Notes under the pieces: generated by a model
The model's database searches: none
What the model saw: the letters and a program-made list of their open reading frames with translations, nothing else
Told to the model about the DNA's origin: nothing
NCBI RefSeq assembly: GCF_028641065.1
Contig: NC_073391.1
Span: forward strand, 5,704,001-5,768,000
DNA length: 64,000 nt
From: Leucoraja erinacea
Taxonomy: Eukaryota
Reading direction: 5' to 3'
Translations under genes and position numbers: made by a program
In this document: piece after piece, positions 39,425 through 51,843 of the stretch
How the letters are laid out: every line of letters begins with the position of its first letter
How positions within the stretch are numbered: the first letter of the stretch is position 1

Positions 39425-40494
39425 AAATAACCAAAAAAGACAAATGTCACTTCTAAGACATTGAATTTAAAAGTAATCACACTAACTATGCACTTTTACC
39501 ACGCACGATGTACTATGTCGAATTCTGGGCTCCATTTTACTGAGAAAACACACATGGAGCCAAAAGGACAGAAAAGATTAGCAAAGGTTGACTCAGACAT
39601 GAACGATTAGGGGTCTTTGTTGTTATGAATGGATTGGATACGATGGATGCTGAATAAAACTACTTATGGAACAACCAAACGTGGAGCCAACATTAGAATA
39701 TAGTCACTCATAATTATGAGAGTGATTAGTTATTGAATTTGCTACCAGGGGAGTGGTTGAGACAAAGAGCTCGAAAAAATCTGAAAATAAACTTGGCAAC
39801 CACAGAATAGGATTGAAAGGATATGCCAAAAGGTTTGGATCAGTTAATGGAATAAAAGAAGATGCACGTGGGTGTAAAAACACCAACCAAAATTAGTTGA
39901 ACTGTATGACTTGATATTATTCATGTGTCATAGTAATTATCCACAATTATCATTAATAAGTTAGACACGTATATACATCCCTGTTGCAAGTGACCTTGAG
40001 TTTGGGATGGAAGTTGAATTACGCAAGAAATGATTCTACAAAAGGCTATATATCATATTTTAGTCTATTTCCATTGGCAGCAAACTATTTTTGATTTGCA
40101 AATTTGTTGAACTTCACAGATAATGATGTGCAATGCCTATTTCTTCCATCCTATGAAACCAGATGATGTTTATATCCTGACCACAAGTACCTCATCAGAA
40201 TAAATTATGTTTAGACTTCGAATTATATGGCTTTTGTACGCTTTGTTCCAAACAGTGGTCAATTGTAGAATTGCAGCTTTTTCAAAAGTGAGTCTTCTTC
40301 CTCGTGTCCGGACATCTTCTATAACACGTTTTTTCCAGTCGGTAAGTGATGGTTGATGGTCGGTGGTTGCAGAATTGGCTACTTCAGTCAGTCACTGTGG
40401 TACAGTTTCTGTCATCAGTATTGCCCGGGATGTGCCACGTGGAGGCTTATGCTTGCATCCCTCAAAAGTGAGTGCACTTGATAAATGTGAGTTG

Positions 40495-40629
40495 TGTAGG
40501 AAGGAACTGCAGATGCTGGTTTACACTGACGATAGACACAAAGTGCTGGAGTAACTCAGCGTTACAGGCAACATCTCTGGATAGAAGGAATGGGTGACGT
40601 TACAGGTCGAGATCCTTCTTCAGACTTTC
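40495..40629 (-). mobile_element. short Penelope-like element with 12-bp flanking duplication
   Basis: aaatgtgagttg at 40483-40494 and 40630-40641. Confidence 0.85.
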
Positions 40630-40773
40630 AAATGTGAGTTGGGTGCATGTTCAATTATCAACAGGGATGCATTTTTGATTTGTATGTGTTTCATGTGGAG
40701 CAGTAGTGCACTTCCTACACTATGTCATGAACGAGTAATCTAATTGTTCGGGTATAGTTCATCATTCAACAGA

Positions 40774-41052
40774 GGCGGCACAGTGGTGCAGCAGTGGAGC
40801 TAATGGCTTACAGCGTCCGAGACCCGGGTTTGATCCTGACTACAGGCGCTTGTCTGTACGGAGTTTGTTCGTTCTCCCCGTGACCTGCATGGGTTTTATC
40901 CAAGATCTTTTGTTTCCTCCCACACTCCAAGTTTGTAGGTTAATTGGTATAACTGTAAAATTGGCCTTTGTGTGTGTAGGGTAGTGTTAATGAACCGGGA
41001 TCAGTGAGGCGAAGGGCCTGTTTTTCTGCACTGTATCTCTAAACTAAACTAA
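40774..41052 (+). mobile_element. HE1-type V-SINE
   Basis: tRNA-like head, core and (aaact)n tail. Confidence 0.9.
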
Positions 41053-41699
41053 AATTGATCTGGTCACCCCTTAACTTTTACAACCTGTCAATCAGTCATT
41101 GTGACGCCCTTGAACATGGTTTTCAAATGCAGCAAGGTATACAATGGAAGAAATATCATGCACAAGCACCAGAAAATACTCATGCCCGAAGTTTGTTGAG
41201 ATGGTCCTTAATTGTTACAAAATAAATAATTTGTTCACAAAAAAAAGAAGATTCACACATCAAGCTACTTCTTTCAATATGTGACAATATATTTGCAACT
41301 TTTAATCCTCGCTCTAGAAATTACTTTGGAATGAATTTTAAAATAAGAATAACACCCAAATTAAAACACAAATGTACAACATTTATATGTGAAAGATGCC
41401 AATGAAATAAAATTTCTCTGATTTTGCAAATGCCACAGGGCAATCTAGAATTAGATTAATGACCTTCAGATCACGAAAAAGATTATAAAAGCAAAATTTA
41501 ATTACAGCGATTCACTTAACCTGAGCACTGTGGGCCAAGCATTTTCACAAGGGAGAAGAAGATAGTTCCCCAGAGCTTTGCTCATCTAATAAGCATGAAA
41601 TTCAATGTTCTTCAGAATAAAATTGCCTGTACAGTTAATGTCACTTAAATGTGACTTCAGTAACATCAAACTTCATCAGCAAGCTAGACACATCTGAGA

Positions 41700-42000
41700 C
41701 AATTTTAATCTACTGGTGTAATAAGTTCTAAATGTTTAAGAGCTGATGCTAATTGTGTCAGGATGGTAATGTACCAACAGATCTCAATTATGTCAGTTAA
41801 TTTGTGTAGTTACTCATAGATTCAAATATAGATTTGGGCTAATGTCAAAAGCAAACGAACGATAGAAGCAGAAAATTATGAATAAGTGGAATTTAAAGGA
41901 AATAATGCAATTACCAGAAAGTATTACAATAGGGAGACAAAATATCTAAAAGCCGTAAGAAAGGCTTGAATGATATCTTAATCAATTAGCGGCTATTGGC
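41700..42000 (-). pseudogene. possible Maverick PW relic, element B
   Basis: QAFLTAFRYFVSLL* (~41925-41970) resembles LFR...PLLK and lies between the minor and major capsid relics. Confidence 0.35.
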
Positions 42001-42274
42001 AAAGGTAATTAACTGAAAATAAATAGTCGACAATTTTATAAAAGGGATGAGCATCTTAGCATCTGAGCTGTTGTCCCAAGTGAAGTGCTACATGAGGTGG
42101 GTCGAATAGAATTAGTCTCCACATCGCTCCCCAGCACCATCTCCCTAACCTTTGTTTTACGCAAGTCTGGAAGTAAGCAAGAGTATTTGCACTATCACCA
42201 TCAATTATGGTGCACTTGTTTCCTATGAGGTACACTTATAGAAGTGCTGCTTCACACTGCTGAAGTGGGAAAAC

Positions 42275-42910
42275 ACACACACCTCCAGATTCAGGGACAG
42301 TTTCTTCCCTGCTGTCATCAGGCATCTGAATCATCCAGAGCAGTGGTGAACTACTATCTACCTCTTTGTTGTCCCTCGGACTATCCTTGACCGGACTTTG
42401 CTGGCTTTACCTTGCACCAATCGTTATTCCCTTATCATGTACAGTATCTATACACTGTGAATGGATTAGTATAGTTTAGTTTCGTTTAGCAATTCTGCGC
42501 CGAAACAGGCCCTTCGGCCCACTGGGTCCGCGACGACCAACGTTCCCCGCACATTAACACTGACGTTCACACACTAGGGACAATTTTTACATTTACCAAG
42601 CCAATTAATCGACAAAATTGTACGTCTTTGGAGTGTGGGAGGAAACCAAAGATCTTGGAGAAAACCCACGTGGTCACAGGGAGAACGTACAAACTCCGTA
42701 CAGACAGCACCCGTAGTCAGGATCGAACCCAGGTCTCTGGCGCTGCAAGAACTGTAAGGCAGCAACTCTACCGCAGTGCCACCGTGCTGCTCGATTGTAA
42801 TAATGTATTGTCTTTCTGCCGACTGGGTAGCACGCAACAAAAAGCTTTTCACTGTACCTCAGTACATGTGGCAATAAACTGAACTGAAACTGGAACTGAA
42901 CTGAACTGAG
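42275..42910. mobile_element. Rex1/L2-type tail fragment (+) with nested HE1 SINE (-, 42468-42790)
   Basis: ccagattcagggacagtttc...caataaa(ctgaa)n interrupted by the SINE. Confidence 0.8.
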
Positions 42911-43225
42911 CTCAGTGGACACCACTGTTTCTGTTTTGTGGAAACATGGAACTTGAGAAGACAGCATCATTTAAACTATTGACATCCTAATAATTACACA
43001 GGTCCTTTAGTTGTACTCGTGCGACTGGATCTGTTGTTTTAACTTGCTGGGAATATTGGAATCTCTGTTCTCTGTTTCCACAGTGAGGATTGTTCTGTTT
43101 GTCCAGACAAAATAACGTTCTTTTTCTCACGACTATCACTACATTTGTCCTCCATTTATAATTCCACTCAGCTCACAGGTCTCACTTTTCATTATTATGG
43201 ATTCCTATATCTCTGGATGGAATGT

Positions 43226-43325
43226 AGACACAAAAAGCTGGAGTGACTCAGCTGGTCAGCCAGCATCTCTGGGGAAGACGAATAGGTGACGTTTCGGGTC
43301 GAGACCCTTCATCAGACGGAGTCAG
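43226..43325 (-). mobile_element. short Penelope-like element with intact hammerhead core
   Basis: reverse complement of 43285-43317 reads gtCTGATGAagggtctcgacccGAAAcGTCacc; flanked by a ggaatgt duplication. Confidence 0.82.
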
Positions 43326-43594
43326 GGAATGTTGATTTTCAGGAAATGTTCAACCACACGATTTTCTTCAATCATTAATCATCATAGCAGGAATGTAGTG
43401 TCAGTAGCACCAATATTCCCTTTCCATTATAGAGAGTTCATGGTTCCACCTATTTATGATAGTGCTTTCAGAATAAGGCATTATTAAAATGCGATGGACA
43501 CAGTTAATGACGCACATTGTAAACTGTATCTGATCTCTGTCTCGCACATTTTCTCCGTTCTCTCTCTCACACAAGCCTTTCTTTCTTCTTCCCT

Positions 43595-44725
43595 CCCAGT
43601 CCCAGGTTGAAGATACTTTGCTTCCAATCCAGTTCTGTGTAGTCTGAGGTAGTCGATGAGGCTAAACTCTGCTGTATTGCCATGAGTAGAGAGGGGGAAA
43701 TGACGGGTATTTTGGCAGGCGGTGCTCTCCTCCCAGACTAACATTGAAACCTCGGCACGGTGGCGCAGCAGCAGAGTTGCTGCTTTACAGCACTTGCAGC
43801 GCCGGAGACACGGGTTCGATCCTGACTACGGGCGCTGTCTGTACAGATTTTGTTTATTCTCCCCGTGACCACGTGGATTTTCTCTGAGATCTTTGGTTTC
43901 CTTCCACACTACAAAGACATACAGGTTGTAGGTTAATTGGCTTGGTGTAAGTGTAAATTGTCCCTAGTGTGTGTGTAGGATAGTGCTAATTTGTGGGGAT
44001 TGCTGGTCAGCACGGACTCAGTGGGCCGAAGGGCCTGTTTCCACGCTCTATCTCTAAACTAAACTAAAAAAACTAAAACTTCGCCACTGTCTCGCTTCCA
44101 TCTCAGATGAGTCTTTCCCATTTTGAATGGTCATGAGTCAAGAATTAAATATATTTTTTAAGGAGGGGTTGGAAATGCCCTTGAATCATTTCCTCTGCCC
44201 ACTTGCTGTGACAGAGCTCAGAATATAGTATCTGCTTTGGGAGCCTGATGTGGAGGAAGGAGCTGCAGATGCCGATTTAAAGCAAAGATAGACACAAAAA
44301 GCTGGAGTAACTCAGCGGGCCAATCTGAAGCAGTCTCGACCCAAAATGTTACCTATTCCATTTCTCTAGAGGTGCTGTCTGACCGACTGAGTTCCTCCAG
44401 CTTTCTGTATCTATCTTTTGGGAGCCTGTTGTTGGGCTTGCAATTATATCACCTGCTTACTGGATATTGGAGGATTTGGCAGAGACATTAGAGGTATCTT
44501 TCCAGTTCTTCGAGGTAATCCATGTCTCAGAAACTTGCAGGAGACCATGTGTAGATGGACAGTAGACCATGAGCCTTGTGATGGGTTTGAAATCATGATC
44601 TCCAAATGTACTCTCATCAGTTGGTGTACCGAAGTTGATCATGCATTTTATCACCGATTTTTGCCTTCATTGTGAGATAGCTGCCAACTGATGGGGAACA
44701 GTTCACAATTTCAGAGACCAGCAGG
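43595..44725 (-). mobile_element. old RTE LINE 3' fragment with nested HE1 SINE and PLE
   Basis: IRLPKQILYSELC; SLIDYLRLHRTGLEA C-terminus. Confidence 0.75.
43752..44079 (+). mobile_element. HE1-type V-SINE, full length
   Basis: A and B boxes, core, tail. Confidence 0.92.
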
Positions 44726-46039
44726 GGACAATTATTCTAAACTATCTCAATATAAACACATTGGCATAAAAAAATCACCTTAGCTTATTTACTGAAAAAA
44801 AATTCAAAGCAATTGAGGTTGTAAGCTTTTCTTCAGGCATGGTTTAGACTTGCTTAAAGTGTGCGTTATAACTTAAGGAGTGTAGACTGCATTATCATTA
44901 ACACTTCAATACAGCTTTATTTCCATTGTTTAGATAATGTTTTTTCCCCAACACTTTTATTCACAATTTTTCATCACTAGTTTAAAAGCTTTACTAATAA
45001 GTCGAATTCAAACTGAAATTTGTGCTACAATATTTTAAAATACTTAAGATTCCATTTGCAATATAAAAATGAGTCAACATCAAAAAGGCTTCCAATAAAT
45101 CATGTTAAAATAAACCTAGAAACTAATTTCTGCAGGGGAATTATTTTAGGAAATGTACGGCATGGACTGGAAGCTATATTGCATTATTTTTGAACATAAG
45201 TAACATTTAATTTAATTATTTTTGGGTTGGTGTTAATAAAACAGCAAAACTAATTTGATTACAATATTAAGTGCTGTTGAAATGTCACATTTAAGATCAT
45301 TTATTCATGTTCCTAGAGAGAAATAATCTGTGCAAATAGCTTTAAATCACACTAGTGGGCCCATGCTCACACTGGAGGGATAGTCCCCCAACACAATATT
45401 CCACCTCTCCACCAATTCCAATATTGGTGGTCTGTGGGGGGGGGGCTTTCTGGACCGCTAGTATGGGTGTTGTAGGCCAAAGGGACTGGTTTCCAGAGGG
45501 CTAGTATGGACATTGCGGGCCAAATGGATTCTTGGGCTGACAGCTGAGACACTCAAGCCTGGTGGGCTGGCAGCTCAATCACTCAGGCCTAGTGGGCTGG
45601 CAGTTCAGAAACGGCCAGAAATCCTGCCCAAAACAGGTGAGTGACTGTGAGAGAGAAGGGAGAGAGGGTGGAGAATCAATTTTAGACATTTCTCATCTTT
45701 TTCTGCAGATCACAGCAAGGAAATAGGAAAGTCTATCCTGGCCTGGATCTCACATGGAGCCAACGAAAGTAGGGAGAAAAATACTGGGGTGAGGTTTAAT
45801 ACTTACAGGGGAATACTTACTGATGCGCTGAAGGGACTCCTCCTGTGCTAATACAGGCATGACGGGCCAAAGTGGCTCTTTAAAAAAAGAAATCAGAGAG
45901 AAATCTCAGTGAAAGGCACTTTGTCTGGAATTTTCCTTGCCTGGCACGGGCCTTTTGGGCCAAAATGCCCCTCCTGGGCTAATACGGGCATTTTGGGCAA
46001 AAGGGACTGGTTTCCCGGTCTTGTGGGCCGAAATTAGTG

Positions 46040-47860
46040 GTTTCAGACAGGCCAAACAACTCATTTCATTTAATTTCCATTTCAATTTCAAGCACAGGGC
46101 AGGCCGAACAGCGCATTACATTTTTATTTCTTTTCCATTTCCATTGCTATTGCAGCTTCAAACACAGGGCAGGCCAAACAGCTCATTGCATTTTCATTTC
46201 ATTTCCATTGCCATTGCAGTTTCAAGCACAGGGCTGGCCAAACAGCTGATTGCATTTTCATTTCACTTCCATTGCCATTGCAGTTTCAAGCACAGGGCAG
46301 GCCAAACAGCTGATTGCATTTTCATTGCACTTCCATTCCCATTGCAGTTTCAAGCATAGGGCAGGCCATACAGCTGATTGCAATTTCATTTCACTTCCAT
46401 TGCAGTTGCACTTTCAAGTACAGACAAGGCCAAACCGCTGATTGCATTTTCATTTCACTTCCATTGCCATTGCAGTTTCAAGCACAGGGTTTGCCAAACT
46501 GCTGATTGCATTTTCATTTTACTTCCACTGCCATTGCAGTTTCAAGCACAGGGCAGGCCAAACCGTAGATTGCATTTTCATTTCCCTTCCATTGCCATTG
46601 TCGTTTTAATCACAGTGCAGGCCAAATGGCTGATTGCATTTTCATTTCACTTACATTGTCATTGCAGTTTTAAGCACAGGGCTGACCAACCGCTGATTGC
46701 ATTTTCATTTTTGTGATCATTTTTCGGATCACATTCTCTGGGCTCTGTGGCCTACCATCGATGGAGCTGGAAGCCCCCTCGGACTGTCGTGAGCTCCATG
46801 GCGGGGCGTGGACTTAACATCGGAGCTGATCCCTTGCCTGAGGTCACTCCCACCGCGGACTTTAACATCAAGGGCTCGCAGTCTCGGGTGAGGCCGAGTC
46901 GGGGGCTCCAACGTCACAGAGGGTTCACCAACCCCAACGCGAGGTTCAATCGTCCAGCACAGAGGAGCTGACATTCCCTCGATGCAGGAGCGGAGAGCCC
47001 GAACACCACCGGCTACGGGAGTTAAGATTAACCCATAAATGGAGGGCTCGAGGCCCACGACCGAGGTAGAATTCAGGGAAGAGACTTGAACTTTATTTCA
47101 CCTTCCACCACAGTGAGGAATGTGTAGGAGTCACTGGGTGGATGTTCATGTTAAAATGTGTTTTTGAAGTGATCTGTTACTTTTAATTGTATGACTGACC
47201 TGGCCAATGAAATTCCTCTTATGTTGCAAAACATACTTGGCAAATAAAGTGTGATTCTGATTCTGATTCTGATTTCACTTCCATTGCCATTGCAGTTTTA
47301 AACCCAAGGCATGCCAAACAGCTGATTGCATTTTATGTTTCACTTCCATTGCCAATGCAGTTTCAAGCACAGGGCAGGCCAAACAGCTGATTGCATTTTC
47401 ATTTCCCTTCCATTAACATTGAAGTTTAAAGCACAGGGCACGCCAAACAGCTGATTGCATTTTATGCTTCACTTCCAATGCCAATCCAGTTTCAAGCACA
47501 GGGCAGGTAAAAAAGCTGATTGCATGGTTTTTCATTTAACGGTGATTGACAGGCGAGAGGATCTCAAGGTTTTTTCTCATATCTTTTTTTTCAGCGTTTT
47601 TCAGCGGAAGCGGACTTTTAGTAAGATGCCAAATATCCGATCAATTATGTGAAATTTTTTCTAAAATCTTTTGCCATTGCAGTTTCAAGCCAAATATCCT
47701 ACAGGGCAGGCCAAGCCAAAACAGCTCATTGCATTTTCGTAATTTCACTTCCACCTTAGTTTTTGCAGTTTCAAGCACAGGGCACGCCAAACAGCTCATC
47801 GCATTTTCATTTCATTCCCATTGAAGTTTCAAACACCGGGCAGGCCAAACAACTAATTTC
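46040..47860. repeat. 64-bp tandem satellite, roughly 17 units in three blocks
   Basis: unit cacagggcaggccaaacagctgattgcattttcatttcacttccattgccattgcagtttcaag. Confidence 0.93.
46715..47273 (+). mobile_element. GC-rich non-autonomous retroelement, 5'-truncated, inserted in the satellite
   Basis: homologous to 38830-39424; (gattct)n tail. Confidence 0.75.
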
Positions 47861-48520
47861 GTTAAGGACTAACAAATCATTTATTGCTAGTGCATTGCAG
47901 ACTCACAGTTCAGTTGATTCATAGCTCAGAATGAGAGTCATGGCCTCTCCCTCTTGATCTTGCAGAGTGACTGAGTCATGTCCAGGCAACCATGGTTTTA
48001 TAGTCCTGCCCAATTCCCCCCCCCCCCCTCCCACCCCCGAAGGGGCGTCACCTTCCTTTCATTGCGGTGATTGACAGGCGAGAGGATCTCAAGGTTTTTT
48101 AAACACTTATATCTTTTTTATTTTTCATCGTTGGGAAAAATCCACGGGGCCTGCTCAGCGGAAGCAGACTGTGAGTAAGATGGCCAAATATCCTAGCAAT
48201 ATATAGTAGAATTTATTTTCTAAAATCAATATACAGCGCAGACAGGAAGTAGTCAAGATAAGACTTTTAATTATATAGATTTTGCATTGGGTTTATTAAA
48301 TCAAGTTTTTTTCAGATTTATTTAAAACTAAAACTGATGAAGCAACATTGTTACTATGACAACTGTTTATCTTGTGCCATCAATAGATAATTATAAACAC
48401 AGACTGATCACACTGGGTGCTCTGTATTTCTGTACGCAAAGCGGAGGTTGTCTCCATCAGTGCTCATTTCTGGTTATGAATTAATAGACATAAAATTGGG
48501 ACATAAACATTCATAATTCA

Positions 48521-48850
48521 CCGGGGCAGCACGGTGGCGCAGCGGTAGAGTTGCTGCCTTACAGCGCTTGCAGCTCCAGAGACCCGAGTTCAATCCCAGT
48601 AACAGGTGCCGTCTGTACGGAGTTTGTACGTTCTCCCCGTGACTGCATGGATTTTCTCCGAGATATTCGGTTTCCACCCACAATCCCAAAGGCGTACAGG
48701 TTTGTAGGTTGCTTGGCTTGACATATGTGTAAATCGTCCCTGGTGTGTGTAGGATAGTGTTAATGTGCAGGATTCGTTGGTTGGTGTGGACTCGGTGGGC
48801 CGAAGGGCTTGTTACCGCGCTGTATCTCTAAACTAAACTAAACTAAACTA
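48521..48850 (+). mobile_element. HE1-type V-SINE, full length
   Basis: A and B boxes, core, (aaact)n tail. Confidence 0.92.
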
Positions 48851-48854
48851 AGAG

Positions 48855-49400
48855 CCATTCTTTGAATCTGAAATCTGCAGGAATAGGTTTATAACCAAGC
48901 TCAAACCCCTAGGAGGCAGCAGCAGAATTACGGTGATGGGGGGTCAGTTAGAAACTTAAGCAAAGTAATCTTAAGCTAAGTAAAATATACCATTAATTCA
49001 TTTTGTACCATTATCCAAAGATAACCTGTACTGATTGAATTGTATGTGTGCATGAAGTAGTAACATTTCATATCATATCTTGTCTTATTAAATATTATTT
49101 TGGTTGGAGGTATGGAAATGTGAGTCGCATGCCAGAAAGATTGATTTGATTCAAGCACAAGAGGTACTGTTGTTACATTTCTGTGTTGTATGAGAGAGAC
49201 ATACCCCTTTACATAGAACAGTCCAATTACTTAGAGAAATGAGTAGCACATCCTAGGCCATGCCATTAACCTTTAACAGTTGGGTAGCAACAGGCAGCAT
49301 AATTCATAGGATCACTTAATTACACATGTAGTTAGGTTCTGGTAAATGAGAGGACAATTTCTGTTGGGTGACAGATGTTACTGCATATGCTGCATAGGTA
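48855..49400 (-). pseudogene. possible Maverick PZ relic, element B
   Basis: LWIMVQNELMVY and PPRG resemble the PZ W..kGEl.y and P.G motifs; lies between ATPase and integrase. Confidence 0.35.
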
Positions 49401-49479
49401 TAGAATGTGCTATCATTTTTGAATTCACATAATTGTTCTTGGGGATAAAATTATTTGCAATAAATGCATATCACATAAT

Positions 49480-50130
49480 CTGAAAATACCCCAGTCAGAA
49501 ATCGCTCTGTTCGAAATGCAGACCAGTTTAATAGTTATTTTCATCTCCCAATTTCCATGCAAATGCTCATTAAGAATTTAAACAACAGCAAACTAATTTC
49601 CTCTTTCTCTTTATATTATTAGCCCCTCAAGACATATCTCAATTCCCTGTTAAACAGAAGAAATCAATTTTCTAAGCAGGACTTTATCTCCCATTACTTA
49701 TAAGTGCTGTAACTTTAATGATAACTTTAATGTTATTTTTTAATGAACAGTCCCTGCTGGGCAAAATGACTAATACTAAAATATAAACTTATTTTGATCA
49801 GTGTTGATTCAACACACTAAAGCACAAAGATATTTCTGATCATCCCGACCTTTTGTAATACCAATGTTTTATTTAGGTTATTAATCTCAAGTGGCAACAA
49901 ATAGCTGCAATGTGAACCATCCTCAGCTGGTCATGTTAAATGGTGCATCAGCACTTTGTACTGTGCCACCGAAATTCATTCCATTGATTTCAGTGATATT
50001 TTAGAGGCAGTGTACAAGATCCTGACAACATTAGGTCCGGTGTTTATTGCTCCTGATTGGTGATGAATGTCTGGACAAGTACATATTCAATCCCAGCACA
50101 GCACTGATATTGCCAGAGTTTGATGTCTCT
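49480..50130 (-). pseudogene. decayed Maverick packaging ATPase, element B
   Basis: Walker A relic ETSNSGNIS (50103-50129; cf. GPSNSGKS), VLMHHLT at the Walker B position, NNLNKTLVLQKV, C-terminal RFLTGVF (49484-49504). Confidence 0.6.
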
Positions 50131-50134
50131 AATC

Positions 50135-50445
50135 ACGGGATAAATGTTCCTGATGTTGGGTACGTCCAGAACCAGGGACACAGTTTAACAATAAGTGGTA
50201 GGCCATTTTGGACAGAGATGCAGAAAAATCTTTCCCCCCTTTTTCTCTGCCGCCGAAGGCAGTGGAGGACAATTCAGTGGATGTTTTCAAGAGAGAATTA
50301 GATATAGCTCTTAGGGCAAAAGGACTAAAGCAGGAACGGGGTACTGATTTTGGATGATCAGCCATGATCATATTGAATGGCGGTGCTGGCTCGAAGGGCC
50401 GAATGGCCTACTCCTGCACCTATTTTCTATGTTCATATGTTTCTA
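50135..50445 (+). mobile_element. CR1 3' fragment
   Basis: QGHSL..GRPF and CR1 3' UTR. Confidence 0.85.
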
Positions 50446-50745
50446 AAATTTCCAGCAATGAGGGAAACACATAAAGGAGCAAGTCACTGTGTGGTTTATT
50501 TGTCTCTATCTGTCCATTCCCCAGATGTTACAGGGCATTACTTTGAAACTCTCAGGAAGGTTGGGTTATTCCAGTGGGTTACCATGACTGGGGATGGAAC
50601 ATGTTTATAACCCTGTTCTCTCTAAAGGCTCTAAGAGAAAATAGATACAAAATGCAGGAGTTCATTCAGAGGGACATGCAACATCTCTGGAGAAATTAGT
50701 GGCCTTTTGGGTTGAGACCCTTCTTCAGACTTAGGGGAGAGGGAG

Positions 50746-51843
50746 ACAATAGACGATAGACAATAGACATTAGACAGTTGACAATAGACAATAGGTGCAG
50801 GAGTAGGCCATTCGGCCCTTCGAGCCAGCACCGCCAATCAATGTGATCATGTCTGATCAGTATTGTGTTCCTGCCTTCTCCGCATATCCCCGGACTCCAC
50901 TATCTTTAAGAGCCCTATCAAGCTCTCTCTTGAAAGTATGCAGAGAACTGGCCTCCACCTCCCTCTGAGGCAGAGAATTCCACAGACTCTCTGTGGGGAA
51001 AAAGTGTTTCTTCATCTCCGTTCTAAATGGCTTACCCCTTATTCTTAAACTGTGGCCCCTGGCTCTGGATTCCCCCAACATTGGGAACATGTTTCCTGCC
51101 TCTAGCATGCCCATACCTCTAATAAACATATATGTTTCAATACGATCCCTCTCATCCTTCTAAATTCCAGAGTATACAAGCCCAGCTGCTCCATTCTCTC
51201 AGCATATGACAGTCCCACTATCCTGGGAATTAACCTTGTGAACCTACGCTGCACTCCCTCAATAGCAAGAATGTCCTTCCTCAAATTTGGAGACCAAAAC
51301 TGCACACAATACCCCTGGTGTGGTCTCACTAGGGCCCTGTACAACTGCAGAAGGACCTATTTGCTCCTATACTCAACTCCTCTTGTTGTGAAGGCAAACA
51401 TGCCATTCGCTTTCTTCACTGCCTGCTGTACCTGCATGCTTTCTTTCATTGACTGATCACCAAGGACCCCCAGATCCCATTGTACTTCCCCTTTTCCCAA
51501 CTTGACACCATTTAGATAATAATCTGCCTTCCTGTTTTGCTACCAAAGTGGATAACCTCAAATTTATCCACATTAAACTGTGTCTGCCCCACTCACCCAA
51601 TCTGTGCAAGTCACCCTGCATCCTCATAGCATCCTCCTCATAGTTCACTCTGCCATCCAGCTTTGTGTTATCTGCAAATTTGCTAATGTTACTTTGAATC
51701 CCTCCATCTAAATCATTGATGTATATTGTAAATAGCTGCGGTCCCAGCACCGAGCCTTGCAGTACCCCATTAGGCACTGCCTGCCACACTGAAAGGGACC
51801 CGTTAATCCTTACTCTTTGAAACCCGTTAATCCCTACTCTTTG
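50746..51843 (-). mobile_element. CR1 LINE RT and 3' fragment
   Basis: QGSVLGPQLF..FADN; small 5' tandem duplication (QRV.ING twice). Confidence 0.93.

Larger units (their letters stand above)
39440..41650 (-). pseudogene. decayed Maverick major capsid protein (PY, double jelly roll), element B
   Basis: ICKI, ILKEVA*CVN, NFGHE, KG*PDQFLLNDELYPNN*ITRS (in frame once the SINE is removed), IKNASL-x30-AILMTETVP, HQP, LTFEKAAILQL, VSVITFKFNVLEV (39446-39487). Confidence 0.7.
42020..43390 (-). pseudogene. decayed Maverick minor capsid/penton (PX), element B
   Basis: FPENQHS (~43326-43346), ETCELSGI, NY*DVNSLNDAV, GDSANTL (42179-42199), LFDPPH (42092-42109), IPF (42040-42048). Confidence 0.68.
45352..48279 (-). 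mobile_element. non-autonomous Helitron with expanded internal satellite
   Basis: both ends homologous to 29868-30684; on the minus strand, a|tctatataattaaaagtct ... ctag|t. Confidence 0.88.
43390..48470 (-). pseudogene. decayed Maverick retroviral-like integrase with C-terminal chromodomain, element B; split by RTE and Helitron
   Basis: LRFAYRNTEHP..NYLLMAQD (48380-48447), LDLIN, ICTDYFSLGT*INDLK (45291-45336; cf. CIDVFSKYAWAVPLK), CIEVL..SYN (~44866-44915), ENGENV, ILK..GG...*WKG (43418-43474). Confidence 0.68.

Noticed and set aside
46040-47860. CRISPR-like array, and the His/Phe-rich ORFs over it
   Set aside because: Head-to-tail 64-bp units with no unique spacers in a vertebrate genome; the ORFs are repeat translations
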